Shown here one piece after another: positions 1 through 10,198 of a stretch of 64,000 nt of DNA; the first letter of the stretch is position 1; every line of letters starts with the position of its first letter. The stretch comes from a virus, in the IMG/VR virus record IMGVR_UViG_3300044953_000102, positions 50,944 to 114,943 of that record, one strand, 5' to 3'. The notes below the pieces were generated by a model, which ran no database searches, was not told the origin of the DNA, and saw nothing but the letters and a program-made list of their open reading frames with translations. Position numbers and translations under genes: made by a program.

Positions 1-1
1 A

Positions 2-1507
2 ACTGAGGTTGGTCTTAAAGGAACTATACAAGGTATGTCATTTGAGAAAGATCCAACAAATGGTGTAGGGGGTCCAGTTAAATACTTCTTTCATGAGGAG
101 GCTGGGATTGCTCCTAAGATGGATCAGACATATGAGTATATGAGACCAGCAATGAGATCAGGTCTCATCACTACGGGAATGTTTATAGCTGCAGGATCTG
201 TGGGGGATTTATCCCAATGTCTTCCACTTAAAGATATGATACTAAACCCTACTGCAAAAGATATATATGCGGTAGAAACAGATCTTATGGATGATAAAGG
301 TACTGTTGGTCTTTCTGGTTTATTTATTCCAGAACAATGGTCAATGCCACCATATATTGATAAATATGGTAATTCACTTGTAGAAGAAGCAGTAGATGCT
401 TTAGAAAAACAATTCAAACAATGGAGAGATGAACTTGCTCCAGAAGAATATCAGTTAAGAATTTCTCAGCATCCAAGAAATATAAAAGAAGCATTTGATC
501 ATAGAACAGTATCTGTATTCCCTCCACATCTTCTTGCAGCACAAGAAAGAAGAATAGAAGATAAAGAATATGGTTTTGAATTCTTAAATATTTCAGCAGA
601 TGCTGATGGTAGACCTGAAGTTACTAAAAGTAACAAAAGGCCTATCATAGAATTTCCAGTAAACAAAAAGACAGAAGATAAAACAGGATGTCTTGTTGTT
701 TGGGAAAGACCCGTTAAGGATCCAAATTTTGGTGATTACTATGCATCTGTTGACCCTGTATCAGAGGGTAAAACAACAACATCAGAATCATTATGTTCTA
801 TATATGTGATGAAAGCACCTATTCAAGTAACTAGACATACTGGTTCAGAATCAGAAACTTATATAGAACAAGGTAAAATTGTAGCAGCTTGGTGTGGTAG
901 ATATGATGATATTAATCAGACACATAAGCAACTAGAACTTATTATTGAATGGTATAATGCTTGGACACTTGTAGAGAATAATATATCATTGTTTATTCAA
1001 TACATGATATCTAGACGTAAGCAGAAATATCTTGTGCCAAAAAATCAAATCATGTTCTTAAAAGATCTTGGATCAAATAACAATGTATTCCAAGAATATG
1101 GGTGGAAAAATACGGGTACTTTATTTAAATCACATCTTCTTAGTTATGCCATAGAATATACTAAAGAAGAATTAGATCAAGAATTAAAATCTGATGGTAC
1201 TGTTGTAAGAACAACATATGGTATTGAACGTATACCAGACCCTATGTTAATCAAAGAGATGAGAGAATATGCAGATGGGGTTAACGTGGATAGACTAGTT
1301 TCTTTTGCAGCTCTTGTTGCTTTTATGAAAATTCAAGAGTCAAATAGAGGATATAGTAAAAGAACAATAATGGATGAGACTGCTAAAAACTTGCAAAAGT
1401 CAGAAAATTTGTTTAAATTAAATAAGAGTCCGTTTAGACATATGGGCAGTAAAATGAGCAACACTACTGGTAGATTTAAAAAATCTGCATTTAAAAATAT
1501 TAAATAA
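2..1507 (+). CDS. terL: Terminase large subunit (C-terminal part; gene begins upstream of window)
   Basis: Frame is open from base 2, so ATG35 is probably internal. Walker-B-like FFHEEAG, RNase-H-like nuclease motifs YYASVDPV, LVENN and NVDRLVS. Lies directly upstream of the portal. Confidence 0.92.
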   Translation, partial: TEVGLKGTIQGMSFEKDPTNGVGGPVKYFFHEEAGIAPKMDQTYEYMRPAMRSGLITTGMFIAAGSVGDLSQCLPLKDMILNPTAKDIYAVETDLMDDKGTVGLSGLFIPEQWSMPPYIDKYGNSLVEEAVDALEKQFKQWRDELAPEEYQLRISQHPRNIKEAFDHRTVSVFPPHLLAAQERRIEDKEYGFEFLNISADADGRPEVTKSNKRPIIEFPVNKKTEDKTGCLVVWERPVKDPNFGDYYASVDPVSEGKTTTSESLCSIYVMKAPIQVTRHTGSESETYIEQGKIVAAWCGRYDDINQTHKQLELIIEWYNAWTLVENNISLFIQYMISRRKQKYLVPKNQIMFLKDLGSNNNVFQEYGWKNTGTLFKSHLLSYAIEYTKEELDQELKSDGTVVRTTYGIERIPDPMLIKEMREYADGVNVDRLVSFAALVAFMKIQESNRGYSKRTIMDETAKNLQKSENLFKLNKSPFRHMGSKMSNTTGRFKKSAFKNIK

Positions 1508-1513
1508 TAGGTT

Positions 1514-4261
1514 ATGCAAGTATACAACGCATTACAACTTAAAAAAGGAGCTAAGACAGAACAAAATAGATTGGGTAGTATTACTCAGCCGTTGCAGTTT
1601 TTACCTAAAAAAGATAAAACAGAAGAGTGGGCTGCTTGGAACTTAGACTGGTTAGAATGGCAAGGATTAAAACAAATCCGTAGAAATGCCAGAAGATTAA
1701 TGAAAAACTACAAACTTGCAAAAGGTATTATTGATAGAACTGATTATATAATTGAAGAGGATAATGAATATAGAGATGTTGTAGAACTATTAACAAAAGA
1801 AGATGTATCTGCACTAGAATTAAAGTTCTATCCTATTATTCCAAATGTTGTTAATGTTTTAGTAGCAGAATTTGCTAAAAGATCAACAAGATTAACCTAT
1901 AGAGCTGTTGATGATTTTTCATACAATGAAATGCTTGAACAAAAAAGAGCACAAGTAGAACAAACATTAATGGCTGATGCTGCTACAAAAATGTTAGCGG
2001 CTATGTTAGAACAAGGACTAGATCCTGGGTCAGAAGAAGCCCAACAACAACTTACACCAGATAATTTAAAGACACTACCTGAAATAGAGCAATTCTTTAA
2101 AAAGGATTATAGATCTATGGTAGAACAATGGGCTGAACATCAACATAAAGTAGATGTTGAAAGATTTAGAATGGATGAACTTGAAGAAAGAGCATTTAGA
2201 GATATGCTTATTACAGATAGAGAGTTCTGGCATTTTTATATGATGGAAGATGATTACCAAGTAGAACTCTGGAATCCGGTGCTTACATTCTATCACAAAT
2301 CTCCAGATATTAGATACATATCACAAGGTAACTGGGTAGGTAAAACAGATATGTTTACTGTATCAGATGTTATTGATAAGTTTGGACATGTACTTACTGA
2401 AGAACAACATAGAGCACTTGAATCAGTATATCCAATTAGATCTGCTGCTTATAACATTGGTGGTTTACAAAATGATGGAAGTTTTTATGATGGAACTAAA
2501 ACACATGACTGGAATGTCAATATGCCATCTTTAGCATACAGACAGTATACATCATTTATGGCAGGTAATATTTTTGATGGTTCAGATATTATTGCACAGA
2601 TACTTGCCGAAGGTGAAGATTACTATGATCAGGGTACAGCATACTTGTTAAGAGTAACAACAGCATACTGGAAATCTCAAAAGAAAATTGGTCACTTAAC
2701 TAAAATATCAGAAGAAGGTGAAGTAACTAATGAAATTATTTCTGAAGATTATAGAATTACAGATAAGCCAATTTATGATACTAGACTCTTTAAAAATAAA
2801 ACAAAAGATAATTTACTCTTTGGAGAACATATTGATTGGATTTGGATTAATGAGGTTTGGGGTGGAATTAAAATAGGACCAAATGTACCATCATTCTGGG
2901 GTATGAATAATCCAGGTGGATTTTCTCCTATATACATTGGAGTAAATAGAAATCATATTGGACCAGTTAAATTTCAATTTAAAGGAGAAGCAAATCTATA
3001 TGGATGTAAACTTCCGGTAGAAGGTTCTGTATTCTCAGATAGAAATACTAAGTCTACTGCACTTATTGATTTAATGAAGCCATATCAGATTGGATATAAT
3101 ATTGTAAATAACCAGATTGCAGATATCTTAGTAGATGAGCTTGGTACTGTAATCATGCTTGATCAAAACTCATTACCTAGACATTCATTAGGAGAAGATT
3201 GGGGTAAAGGTAATTTAGCTAAAGCATATGTTGCAATGAAGAACTTCCAGATGTTACCTTTGGATACTTCAATTACAAATACAGAAAATGCATTAAACTT
3301 CTCTCATTTCCAAAAACTTGACTTAGAACAGACTAATAGACTTATGTCAAGGATTAACCTTGCAAACTATTTTAAACAGCAAGCATATGAAGTTATAGGT
3401 GTAAATCCACAAAGAATGGGACAACAACTATCACAGACTACTGCTACTGGAGTAGAGCAAGCAATGCAAGCATCTTATGCTCAAACAGAAACTTACTTTA
3501 TTCAACACTGTGATTATTTAATGCCAAGAGTACATGAAATGAGAACTGACTTAGCTCAGTATTATCATTCTACAAAACCTTCAGCAAGATTAACATATGT
3601 AACATCTGCAGATGAAAAAGTAAACTTTGAAATTAATGGAACAGATCTTTTACTTAGAGATCTTAATATTGCTATAAGTACTAATGCAAATCACAGAGCT
3701 ATTCTAGAGCAGTTAAAAAAAATGGCTATTCAGAATAATACAACAGGGGCTTCTATATATGACTTAGGTAAAATTGTACAATCTGACTCTATTGCTTCTC
3801 TTAACAGTGTTCTTAAAGATTCTGAACAAAAACAACAGCAGATGAAACAACAGGAGATGCAGCAACAACAGCAAATGCAACAAGAACAACTTCAAAAACA
3901 ACAAGAGATTGAACAAATGAAGATTGATTCAACTGCTGCTGAGAAAGAAAAAGATAGACAAAGAGATATTCTAGTTGCAGAAATTAGAGCTGCTGGCTAC
4001 GGATCTATGGCAGATGTTGATCAAAATCAAATGTCTGACTATAGAGATGCTATGAAAGATATTCGTGAAACAGAACAATATCAAGAACAAACTGGACTTC
4101 AAAGAGAAAAAGAAGTAAATAGAATGACTATTGAAAATCAAAAAACTCAGTTAGAACGTGAGAAAATACAAGCACAGAAACAAATTGCAGATAGACAATT
4201 ACAAATTGCACAAGAAAATAAAAACAAATTTGATGTAAAACCTCCTAAAGAAAATAAGTAG
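1514..4261 (+). CDS. Portal protein (crAss-like)
   Basis: 915 aa between terL and scaffold/MCP. YPIIPNVVNVLVAEF motif, LIDLMKPYQIGYNIVNNQI, GVNPQRMG and a Q-rich coiled-coil C-terminus, as recalled for crAss-like portals. Confidence 0.88.
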   Translation: MQVYNALQLKKGAKTEQNRLGSITQPLQFLPKKDKTEEWAAWNLDWLEWQGLKQIRRNARRLMKNYKLAKGIIDRTDYIIEEDNEYRDVVELLTKEDVSALELKFYPIIPNVVNVLVAEFAKRSTRLTYRAVDDFSYNEMLEQKRAQVEQTLMADAATKMLAAMLEQGLDPGSEEAQQQLTPDNLKTLPEIEQFFKKDYRSMVEQWAEHQHKVDVERFRMDELEERAFRDMLITDREFWHFYMMEDDYQVELWNPVLTFYHKSPDIRYISQGNWVGKTDMFTVSDVIDKFGHVLTEEQHRALESVYPIRSAAYNIGGLQNDGSFYDGTKTHDWNVNMPSLAYRQYTSFMAGNIFDGSDIIAQILAEGEDYYDQGTAYLLRVTTAYWKSQKKIGHLTKISEEGEVTNEIISEDYRITDKPIYDTRLFKNKTKDNLLFGEHIDWIWINEVWGGIKIGPNVPSFWGMNNPGGFSPIYIGVNRNHIGPVKFQFKGEANLYGCKLPVEGSVFSDRNTKSTALIDLMKPYQIGYNIVNNQIADILVDELGTVIMLDQNSLPRHSLGEDWGKGNLAKAYVAMKNFQMLPLDTSITNTENALNFSHFQKLDLEQTNRLMSRINLANYFKQQAYEVIGVNPQRMGQQLSQTTATGVEQAMQASYAQTETYFIQHCDYLMPRVHEMRTDLAQYYHSTKPSARLTYVTSADEKVNFEINGTDLLLRDLNIAISTNANHRAILEQLKKMAIQNNTTGASIYDLGKIVQSDSIASLNSVLKDSEQKQQQMKQQEMQQQQQMQQEQLQKQQEIEQMKIDSTAAEKEKDRQRDILVAEIRAAGYGSMADVDQNQMSDYRDAMKDIRETEQYQEQTGLQREKEVNRMTIENQKTQLEREKIQAQKQIADRQLQIAQENKNKFDVKPPKENK

Positions 4262-4295
4262 TTAGCCATATATTACAAAATTTTTTTTGCAGAGT

Positions 4296-4326
4296 TTTAA
4301 ATTTTTGAAGTTTATTTTATATATTG
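4296..4326 (+). promoter_or_regulatory. Putative late promoter TTTA-N20-TATATTG overlapped by a degenerate palindrome (4298-4316)
   Basis: Same architecture at five other intergenic sites; resembles the Bacteroidota -33 TTTG / -7 TAnnTTTG promoter. Confidence 0.55.
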
Positions 4327-4349
4327 ATATATAAACAAAAACCAACAGA

Positions 4350-5606
4350 ATGGAAACAACCAACACAAATCCTGAAAATCAGGTCCAAGATTCTACAACG
4401 GTAGAACAGGTAGATGTAAATATTGATGCCCTCTTTGGAATGCCTGGAGCAGAGAATGTAATGCTCCCTGCAGAAGAAGAAAAACCTAAATCAGTGTTTC
4501 ATAAAGAAACAGTTGATACATCGTTCTTTGACAACCCTACTGCTTCACCAGAAGAAAGACAACAAGAGCAAGAAAAGAAAATTGAAGTTCAAGAAACAAT
4601 TAATGAACTAGATAATCTAATTGCTCAAGAAGAAGAAGCCGGTAATAAAGGAAGACCAAAGGTTGATAAATCAGGTCTTGCAGAGTTAGCACAGAAAATG
4701 ATTGAGGATGGGTCTTTAGTACCTTTTGATGATGATAAACCATTAGAAGAATATACTACAAAAGATTTTCGTGAACTCTTTGAAGCAAATTTTCAAGAAA
4801 GAGAAAATCAAATAAGAAGAGATACTCCAAGAGAATTTTTTGAAGCATTACCAGAAGAACTTCAAGTTGCTGCTAAATATGTAGCTGATGGAGGACAAGA
4901 TTTGAAAGGTCTATTTAGAACTCTAGCTTATGTAGAGGAAATGAGACAACTTGATCCTGCTGATGAATATGATCAAGCAGAAATTGCAAGACAATATTTA
5001 CATGCTACAAACTTTGGTACTCCAGAAGAAATTGAACAAGAGATTCAAGACTGGAGAGATTTAAACCGACTTGAACAAAAAGCTAATCAGTTTAAACCAA
5101 AGTTGGATGCAATGCAAGAAGAAATTGTTGCAAGACAACTAGCAGAACAAGAGCATAGAAGAAATATGCAAGCAGAACAAGCTAAAGCATATCAAGAAAA
5201 TGTGTATAGTACACTTGCTGCAGGAACAATTGGTGGATTAAAACTAGATAAAAAAGTACAAGGTCTTTTATTTTCTGGATTAGTTCAACCTAATTATCCT
5301 TCTATCTCTGGTAAACCTACAAACTTACTAGGCCACCTTTTAGAGAAATATCAGTTTGTAGAACCAAGACATGACCTTATTGCTGAAGCACTTTGGTTAC
5401 TTGCAGATCCAAATGGATATAAGAATAGAGTAAGAGAACAAGGATCAAGACAAGCAGTAGAAAAAACTGTAAGACAATTGAAAACAGAGGAGTCTAGAAA
5501 GATTGCTTCTTCAACAAATACATTGTATGATGATGAACCAAGAAGAACACCTTCTAGATCTGAACCTAGAAAATTGTCAAAAAACAGTATGTTTAAAAGA
5601 TTTTAA
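4350..5606 (+). CDS. Acidic capsid assembly/scaffolding-like protein
   Basis: 418 aa, highly acidic, coiled-coil, basic C-terminal tip; immediately upstream of MCP, the conserved crAss position. Confidence 0.65.
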   Translation: METTNTNPENQVQDSTTVEQVDVNIDALFGMPGAENVMLPAEEEKPKSVFHKETVDTSFFDNPTASPEERQQEQEKKIEVQETINELDNLIAQEEEAGNKGRPKVDKSGLAELAQKMIEDGSLVPFDDDKPLEEYTTKDFRELFEANFQERENQIRRDTPREFFEALPEELQVAAKYVADGGQDLKGLFRTLAYVEEMRQLDPADEYDQAEIARQYLHATNFGTPEEIEQEIQDWRDLNRLEQKANQFKPKLDAMQEEIVARQLAEQEHRRNMQAEQAKAYQENVYSTLAAGTIGGLKLDKKVQGLLFSGLVQPNYPSISGKPTNLLGHLLEKYQFVEPRHDLIAEALWLLADPNGYKNRVREQGSRQAVEKTVRQLKTEESRKIASSTNTLYDDEPRRTPSRSEPRKLSKNSMFKRF

Positions 5607-5635
5607 ATTAAGTAACAAATAAAACAAATATAAAA

Positions 5636-7252
5636 ATGGCAACTCCAGTTTTAAACAATGGTATCTTTCTACGGGATACAGCCTACCAGGCAAGCTCACA
5701 CGTAGACTCCTACCACTTGGTTAACATGTTGAAGGATGCAGAACCAATGGACCTTGGTCCAGTAGACCTATGGGCTATGGCTCAGAAGGTGGAAATGCCC
5801 CTTTACCAAATGTCTAGCTTTGGTGGTAAGAATGTAATCATGGTGGATAACCACCGAGGAGAATATAGATGGCAGACTCCTGTATCTATTGATCTTCCAT
5901 ACATTGTTGAGGATATTGAACCTCAAGCAGCTTACAGAGGTACTGATGGATCTACCTTCCGTATCAAAATCAACAGACGTGAATTTGGACATGGTGATAT
6001 CATCACTTATCACAAATATAACGGAGTTGAGATGTACATCACTGACGAGGATATCCTTCCTGTAGGTGACGGTTATATCTATACTGTACAGTTGGTAAAC
6101 AACGATAACTACAAGTATCTAGATGCAAAATATCTTACTAATGGTACTAAAATCTTCCGTAAGGGTTCTGCCCGTGGGGAGTATGGTGAAAGATTCTCTG
6201 ACATCACAACAAGAACTGGTTTCCGTGAATTCTACAACTTTGTAGGAGGTGCTGAAGCTCACGTACATTATTCTATCTCTTCTCGTGCAGACTTGATGAT
6301 CAAAGGTGGAATGAATGCAGATGGTACAGTTCCTGTAACTGAGATCTGGAGAACTTTTGACAAAGGTATGGATCCTTCTATTTCTTCATTAGAAGATATG
6401 GTTAAAGTAATGGGTAAAGATAAAGTTAAACGTGCATTTGACAATGGTGACTTATCTAGAACATTCTTGACTCAAATGGAAGCTGCACACTTAAGTAAAG
6501 TTGCAAGTGACATTGAGACCTACTTAATGTGGGGACAAGGAGGTCGTGTACGTCAAGATGGACCAGATGACATTAGATTATCTGTGGGTCTTTGGAGACA
6601 GTTAGATAACTCATTTAAAAGAGTATATAACAAAAATAACTTTACACTTGATTTGTTCCGTGGAGAAATCTACAACTTCTTCAATGGTAAGGTTGAGTTC
6701 CAAGGTCCAGATCCAAAAAGATCTCTAGTAGTTCAAACTGGTATGGGTGGAATGAGAATGGTAAATGAAGCTATCAAAAGAGAAGCTGTTGCTTCTGGTC
6801 TATTGATTCAGGCTGCTGATATTGGTGCTATCACTGGTAAAGGTATGGACTTGAACTTTGGATTTGCTTATACTTCATATGTAATTCCATTCTTGGCAAA
6901 TGTTAAGTTTGTTCTTAACTCAGCATTTGACAATGTTCATACAAATGATATTGAGAACCCAATCATTGATGGTTTCCCATTATCTTCTTATAGCTTTATC
7001 ATCTTTGATATCACTGATAACACTAATGACAATATCTACTTATTGAAATTGTCTTGGGATAATCAATTGAAGTGGTGGTATCAAAATGGTACTATGGATT
7101 ACATGGGACGTACCCAAGGATTCCAGTCTTCTGGTCAATTCAACGGATACCGTGTAATGATGTCTCAAACAATGCCTGCAATTTGGGTAAAAGACCCAAC
7201 TAAGGTATTGAAGATTGTTATGAGAAACCCAGTAACCGGTGGTTCATTCTAA
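5636..7252 (+). CDS. Major capsid protein (HK97 fold, crAss-like)
   Basis: 538 aa; synteny; codon bias toward TTC/AAC/ATC/TAC/CGT suggests high expression; followed by a strong terminator; IETYLMWG and IWVKDPTK motifs. Confidence 0.88.
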   Translation: MATPVLNNGIFLRDTAYQASSHVDSYHLVNMLKDAEPMDLGPVDLWAMAQKVEMPLYQMSSFGGKNVIMVDNHRGEYRWQTPVSIDLPYIVEDIEPQAAYRGTDGSTFRIKINRREFGHGDIITYHKYNGVEMYITDEDILPVGDGYIYTVQLVNNDNYKYLDAKYLTNGTKIFRKGSARGEYGERFSDITTRTGFREFYNFVGGAEAHVHYSISSRADLMIKGGMNADGTVPVTEIWRTFDKGMDPSISSLEDMVKVMGKDKVKRAFDNGDLSRTFLTQMEAAHLSKVASDIETYLMWGQGGRVRQDGPDDIRLSVGLWRQLDNSFKRVYNKNNFTLDLFRGEIYNFFNGKVEFQGPDPKRSLVVQTGMGGMRMVNEAIKREAVASGLLIQAADIGAITGKGMDLNFGFAYTSYVIPFLANVKFVLNSAFDNVHTNDIENPIIDGFPLSSYSFIIFDITDNTNDNIYLLKLSWDNQLKWWYQNGTMDYMGRTQGFQSSGQFNGYRVMMSQTMPAIWVKDPTKVLKIVMRNPVTGGSF

Positions 7253-7267
7253 TCTATCATATATAAT

Positions 7268-7301
7268 AAAAAAGGGAGGGGGTAACTCCTCCCTCTTTTT
7301 T
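7268..7301 (+). terminator. Rho-independent terminator after MCP
   Basis: AGGGAGGGG-GTAA-CTCCTCCCT stem with GNRA loop followed by a T run. Confidence 0.88.
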
Positions 7302-7345
7302 AAAAAGTAATTTAATAACCAACAAAAATAAAAACCAACAAAAAC

Positions 7346-8368
7346 ATGGAAACAACAGGATTTACAATGGTAGAAGTAGGGGTAGGCAGCATTAAAAAAA
7401 CATCACTTGCTGTTAGACCTTACTTTGATAAACAAGCAACTAATATGGGGCTTGAAGAATATGGAATGAGTCTCTTTGATGGAGTAACTCATAATGAGCA
7501 ACTTGCATGCTTAGAATTAAATGGAGTAATTAGATATATCACAGGTTTAAATGAATTTGCACCTGAGATTAAATTACTTGACTCAGAAGTAAGAGAAGCA
7601 AGAATCAGAGAAATTAGAACTTCAATTGCAGAACTTGAAAAAGAACTTGCTGCAAATTTTATTGAAATTGATGATAAAGATTTTTGGAATAAAGTAAAAT
7701 TACTAAAACCTGATAATAAAGAGTTTTGGAATAAAATTGAGATATCATGTGGTAATGAACCATTATATTTAGATCCAACTAAACCATTTGATAAAATAAA
7801 ACTTCATGCAATTGAGGCAGGTGGTTTTCCAATGATAGCAAAAAGTTATGAAGATGCCAGAGCAAAAGCAGTACCACCTAAGTTTTATCTAGATAAAGAA
7901 GAAGAAACTGTAATGGCAAGAACTGAATACAAAAAGATGCGTAACAAAGCACTTTCAGAACTTCAGAAACTATATGATAAAAACAGTACTAAACTATTCT
8001 ATGTTGCTAAAGTAGTAGATGCAAATAGTTCTCAGTACAGAAAATCAACTCCACTAGATATTATTTATGAGAATATGGATAAATATATTTCTGGAGAAGG
8101 AGCTGAGTCAAACAAAGAAAGAGCTTCAAGAACATTCCTTGATGCAGTAAATTTAGATATGGAATCATTAAAAATTAAATCAATTGTACGAGATTCCGTA
8201 TTTTTTAAGTATATTATTAATAAGCCGGATGGATATATTTACCATGCTAAAACAAATGCTTTACTTGGTAGAAATGTATCTGATGTAATTGAACACTTAA
8301 AAAATCCTTTGAATGAGGATATTTTAAAAGATTTAATTGCATCCTGTGAAAAATATTGGAACACTTAA
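7346..8368 (+). CDS. Conserved crAss-like protein downstream of MCP, function unknown
   Basis: 340-aa ORF in the conserved post-MCP position; leader contains two AACCAACAAA boxes. Confidence 0.6.
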   Translation: METTGFTMVEVGVGSIKKTSLAVRPYFDKQATNMGLEEYGMSLFDGVTHNEQLACLELNGVIRYITGLNEFAPEIKLLDSEVREARIREIRTSIAELEKELAANFIEIDDKDFWNKVKLLKPDNKEFWNKIEISCGNEPLYLDPTKPFDKIKLHAIEAGGFPMIAKSYEDARAKAVPPKFYLDKEEETVMARTEYKKMRNKALSELQKLYDKNSTKLFYVAKVVDANSSQYRKSTPLDIIYENMDKYISGEGAESNKERASRTFLDAVNLDMESLKIKSIVRDSVFFKYIINKPDGYIYHAKTNALLGRNVSDVIEHLKNPLNEDILKDLIASCEKYWNT

Positions 8369-8379
8369 AATTAAATAAC

Positions 8380-8577
8380 ATGAAAGCAAAAATGCCAATG
8401 GTAACAAAAGACGGTAAACAAATACCAGCTTTTGCTGCAGATGGAAAAGGTAAAATGAAAATGGGTGGAGCTAAAAAACCAAAGATGATGGCTGGTGGTG
8501 CTAAACCAAAAGCTATGTATGGTACTGCTATGAAACCTAGTATGATGAAAAAAGGTGGAGCTAAAAAAATGAAATAA
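8380..8577 (+). CDS. Small Lys/Met-rich basic protein with repeated MxxGG motifs
   Basis: ATG at 8380 with an A-rich leader is preferred over TTG8356; KMKMGG, KMMAGG, MMKKGG; TAATG coupling to the next gene. Confidence 0.7.
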   Translation: MKAKMPMVTKDGKQIPAFAADGKGKMKMGGAKKPKMMAGGAKPKAMYGTAMKPSMMKKGGAKKMK

Positions 8578-8774
8578 TGGCCACTAAGAAGACAACTAAA
8601 AGCAAAGTAAACCAGGCTGGTGTTTATACTAAGCCTGGTATGCGTAAGTCTTTGTTTGAAAGAATTAAAGCTGGTACAAAGGGAGGAGATCCTGGAGAAT
8701 GGTCTGCAAGAAAAGCACAACTTTTAGCTAAAGAATATAAGTCTAAGGGTGGTGGTTATAAAACTAAGAAGTAA
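8577..8774 (+). CDS. Small basic protein, N-terminal half of a DUF5872-like family
   Basis: YTKPGMRKSLFERIKAGTKGGDPGEWSARKAQLLAKEYKSKGGGY motif; family name from recall. Confidence 0.65.
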   Translation: MATKKTTKSKVNQAGVYTKPGMRKSLFERIKAGTKGGDPGEWSARKAQLLAKEYKSKGGGYKTKK

Positions 8775-9040
8775 TGGCTAAAGATCCTCAGCAAAGTTTA
8801 AGAGATTGGTCAGCACAAAAGTGGATGACATCTGGAACTTATGCAAATAAGAAGAAAGGTTCTTCTAAAGAGGTAAAGTCAAAAGGTAAAAAAAGGTATT
8901 TACCTGAAGCTGCTTGGGGTTCTTTATCAGCAGGAGAAAAAGCAGCTACAAATAAAGCAAAGGCTAAAGGTAATAGTAAAGGAAAACAATTTGTTAAACA
9001 GCCAAAGGGTATAGCCCAAAAAGCAGCAAGATTTAGATAG
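8774..9040 (+). CDS. Small basic protein, C-terminal half of a DUF5872-like family
   Basis: QQSLRDWSAQKW...RYLPEAAW...KGKQFVKQP motif; TAATG-coupled to the previous gene. Confidence 0.65.
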   Translation: MAKDPQQSLRDWSAQKWMTSGTYANKKKGSSKEVKSKGKKRYLPEAAWGSLSAGEKAATNKAKAKGNSKGKQFVKQPKGIAQKAARFR

Positions 9041-9042
9041 TT

Positions 9043-9282
9043 ATGGCAATTAAAAAAACAACAACAAAATCAACACCAGCTAAGAAAAGTTCTTCAGTTG
9101 GTATTTCTATTTTTGGTGGTAACAAAGCAGAAATGAGAAAATGGGAAGTTGAATCTGCTATGTCTACATTACAAAGAGCTTCTGAGATTCAGAAGAATGC
9201 AAAGTTAATGGCAGATGTAAAAAAGATGGCAGCTGAGAAAGCAAAAGAATTTAACAGTATTGCATCTGGTAAAAAGATTTAA
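9043..9282 (+). CDS. Small basic protein
   Basis: 79-aa Lys-rich ORF in a tightly packed cluster. Confidence 0.7.
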   Translation: MAIKKTTTKSTPAKKSSSVGISIFGGNKAEMRKWEVESAMSTLQRASEIQKNAKLMADVKKMAAEKAKEFNSIASGKKI

Positions 9283-9284
9283 TA

Positions 9285-9629
9285 ATGGCACAGGCAAAAA
9301 CTAAGAAAGTAAAAGTTACTGCCGGTGGTGAAAAACATGTAGTATATAAGAAGACTACAAAAAAAGGAGAAGGAAAGGTTGGTCATATTATGGTCAACCA
9401 TCCTACTAAAGATAAAGGACAGTGGGATACTATAGATTTAACTGCTAAAGCAAAAGCAAAAACAGTTAAACAAGGTGTGGCAGCAACTAGAAAATGGCAT
9501 AAAGAAAATCCTTATCCCAAACAAAAAATGAAGTTGGGTGGAAGTGCAAAGAGTTGTTGGCCTGGTTATGAAAAAAAAGGTACTAAAAAGATGTATGGTA
9601 AAACATATAACAACTGTGTAAAAAAATAG
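9285..9629 (+). CDS. Small basic protein with C-terminal CWPGYEKKG..NCVKK module
   Basis: 114 aa; a KMKLGG linker precedes a 2-Cys module I recall from basic proteins of aquatic phages. Confidence 0.7.
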   Translation: MAQAKTKKVKVTAGGEKHVVYKKTTKKGEGKVGHIMVNHPTKDKGQWDTIDLTAKAKAKTVKQGVAATRKWHKENPYPKQKMKLGGSAKSCWPGYEKKGTKKMYGKTYNNCVKK

Positions 9630-9631
9630 TC

Positions 9632-9952
9632 ATGGCAAGTAGTAGAGCACAACAAGCAGCAATAGCTATCTCAATGAAGAAAGCTGGTAAGAAACCTAAG
9701 ATGAAATCAGGTGGTTCTACTCCTGCTTGGACAAGAAAAGAAGGAAAATCTCCTTCTGGAGGACTTAATGCTAAAGGTAGAGCTTCTTATAACAAGTCTA
9801 CTGGTGGTAATCTTAAAGCTCCTCAACCAGAAGGAGGTCCTAGAAAAAAATCATTTTGTGCTAGATCTGCAGGTCAAATGAAGATGTGGCCTAAAGCAGC
9901 TAAGGATCCAAATAGTAGATTACGATTAGCTAGAAAGAAATGGAAGTGTTAA
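9632..9952 (+). CDS. Small basic protein, DUF6321-like
   Basis: TPAWTRKEGKSPSGGLNAKGRASYN...RKKSFCAR...DPNSR..WKC, preceded by a KMKSGG linker; family name from recall. Confidence 0.7.
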   Translation: MASSRAQQAAIAISMKKAGKKPKMKSGGSTPAWTRKEGKSPSGGLNAKGRASYNKSTGGNLKAPQPEGGPRKKSFCARSAGQMKMWPKAAKDPNSRLRLARKKWKC

Positions 9953-9982
9953 AAATATTATTAATTAAAAAATAAATGTATA

Positions 9983-10198
9983 ATGAAAAAGTTAGTAAAA
10001 AAACAAGTGGGTGGTCCAGTAAGACCTAAAAATGTACAAAGAACAAGCGGTTCACAACCTTTAACAGAATATAGTCCAAAGATTAATAGAGGAGGTGGAA
10101 ATCTTATACCTGTTGGAGCAACTAAACATCCTAAAACAGGAAAACCTTTAAAACCTTCTATGAAGAAAGGTGGAATTGTAAAAGGTAAGAAAAAATAA
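9983..10198 (+). CDS. Small basic protein flanked by xxxGG motifs
   Basis: KKQVGG at the N-terminus and SMKKGG at the C-terminus. Confidence 0.65.
   Translation: MKKLVKKQVGGPVRPKNVQRTSGSQPLTEYSPKINRGGGNLIPVGATKHPKTGKPLKPSMKKGGIVKGKKK

Noticed and set aside
2-7252. Introns or inteins in terL, portal or MCP
   Set aside because: Reading frames are uninterrupted, and no splice-junction or homing-endonuclease motifs were seen in the visible portions.
8356-8379. TTG start at 8356 for the first basic protein
   Set aside because: It overlaps the upstream gene; ATG at 8380 has the typical A-rich leader.
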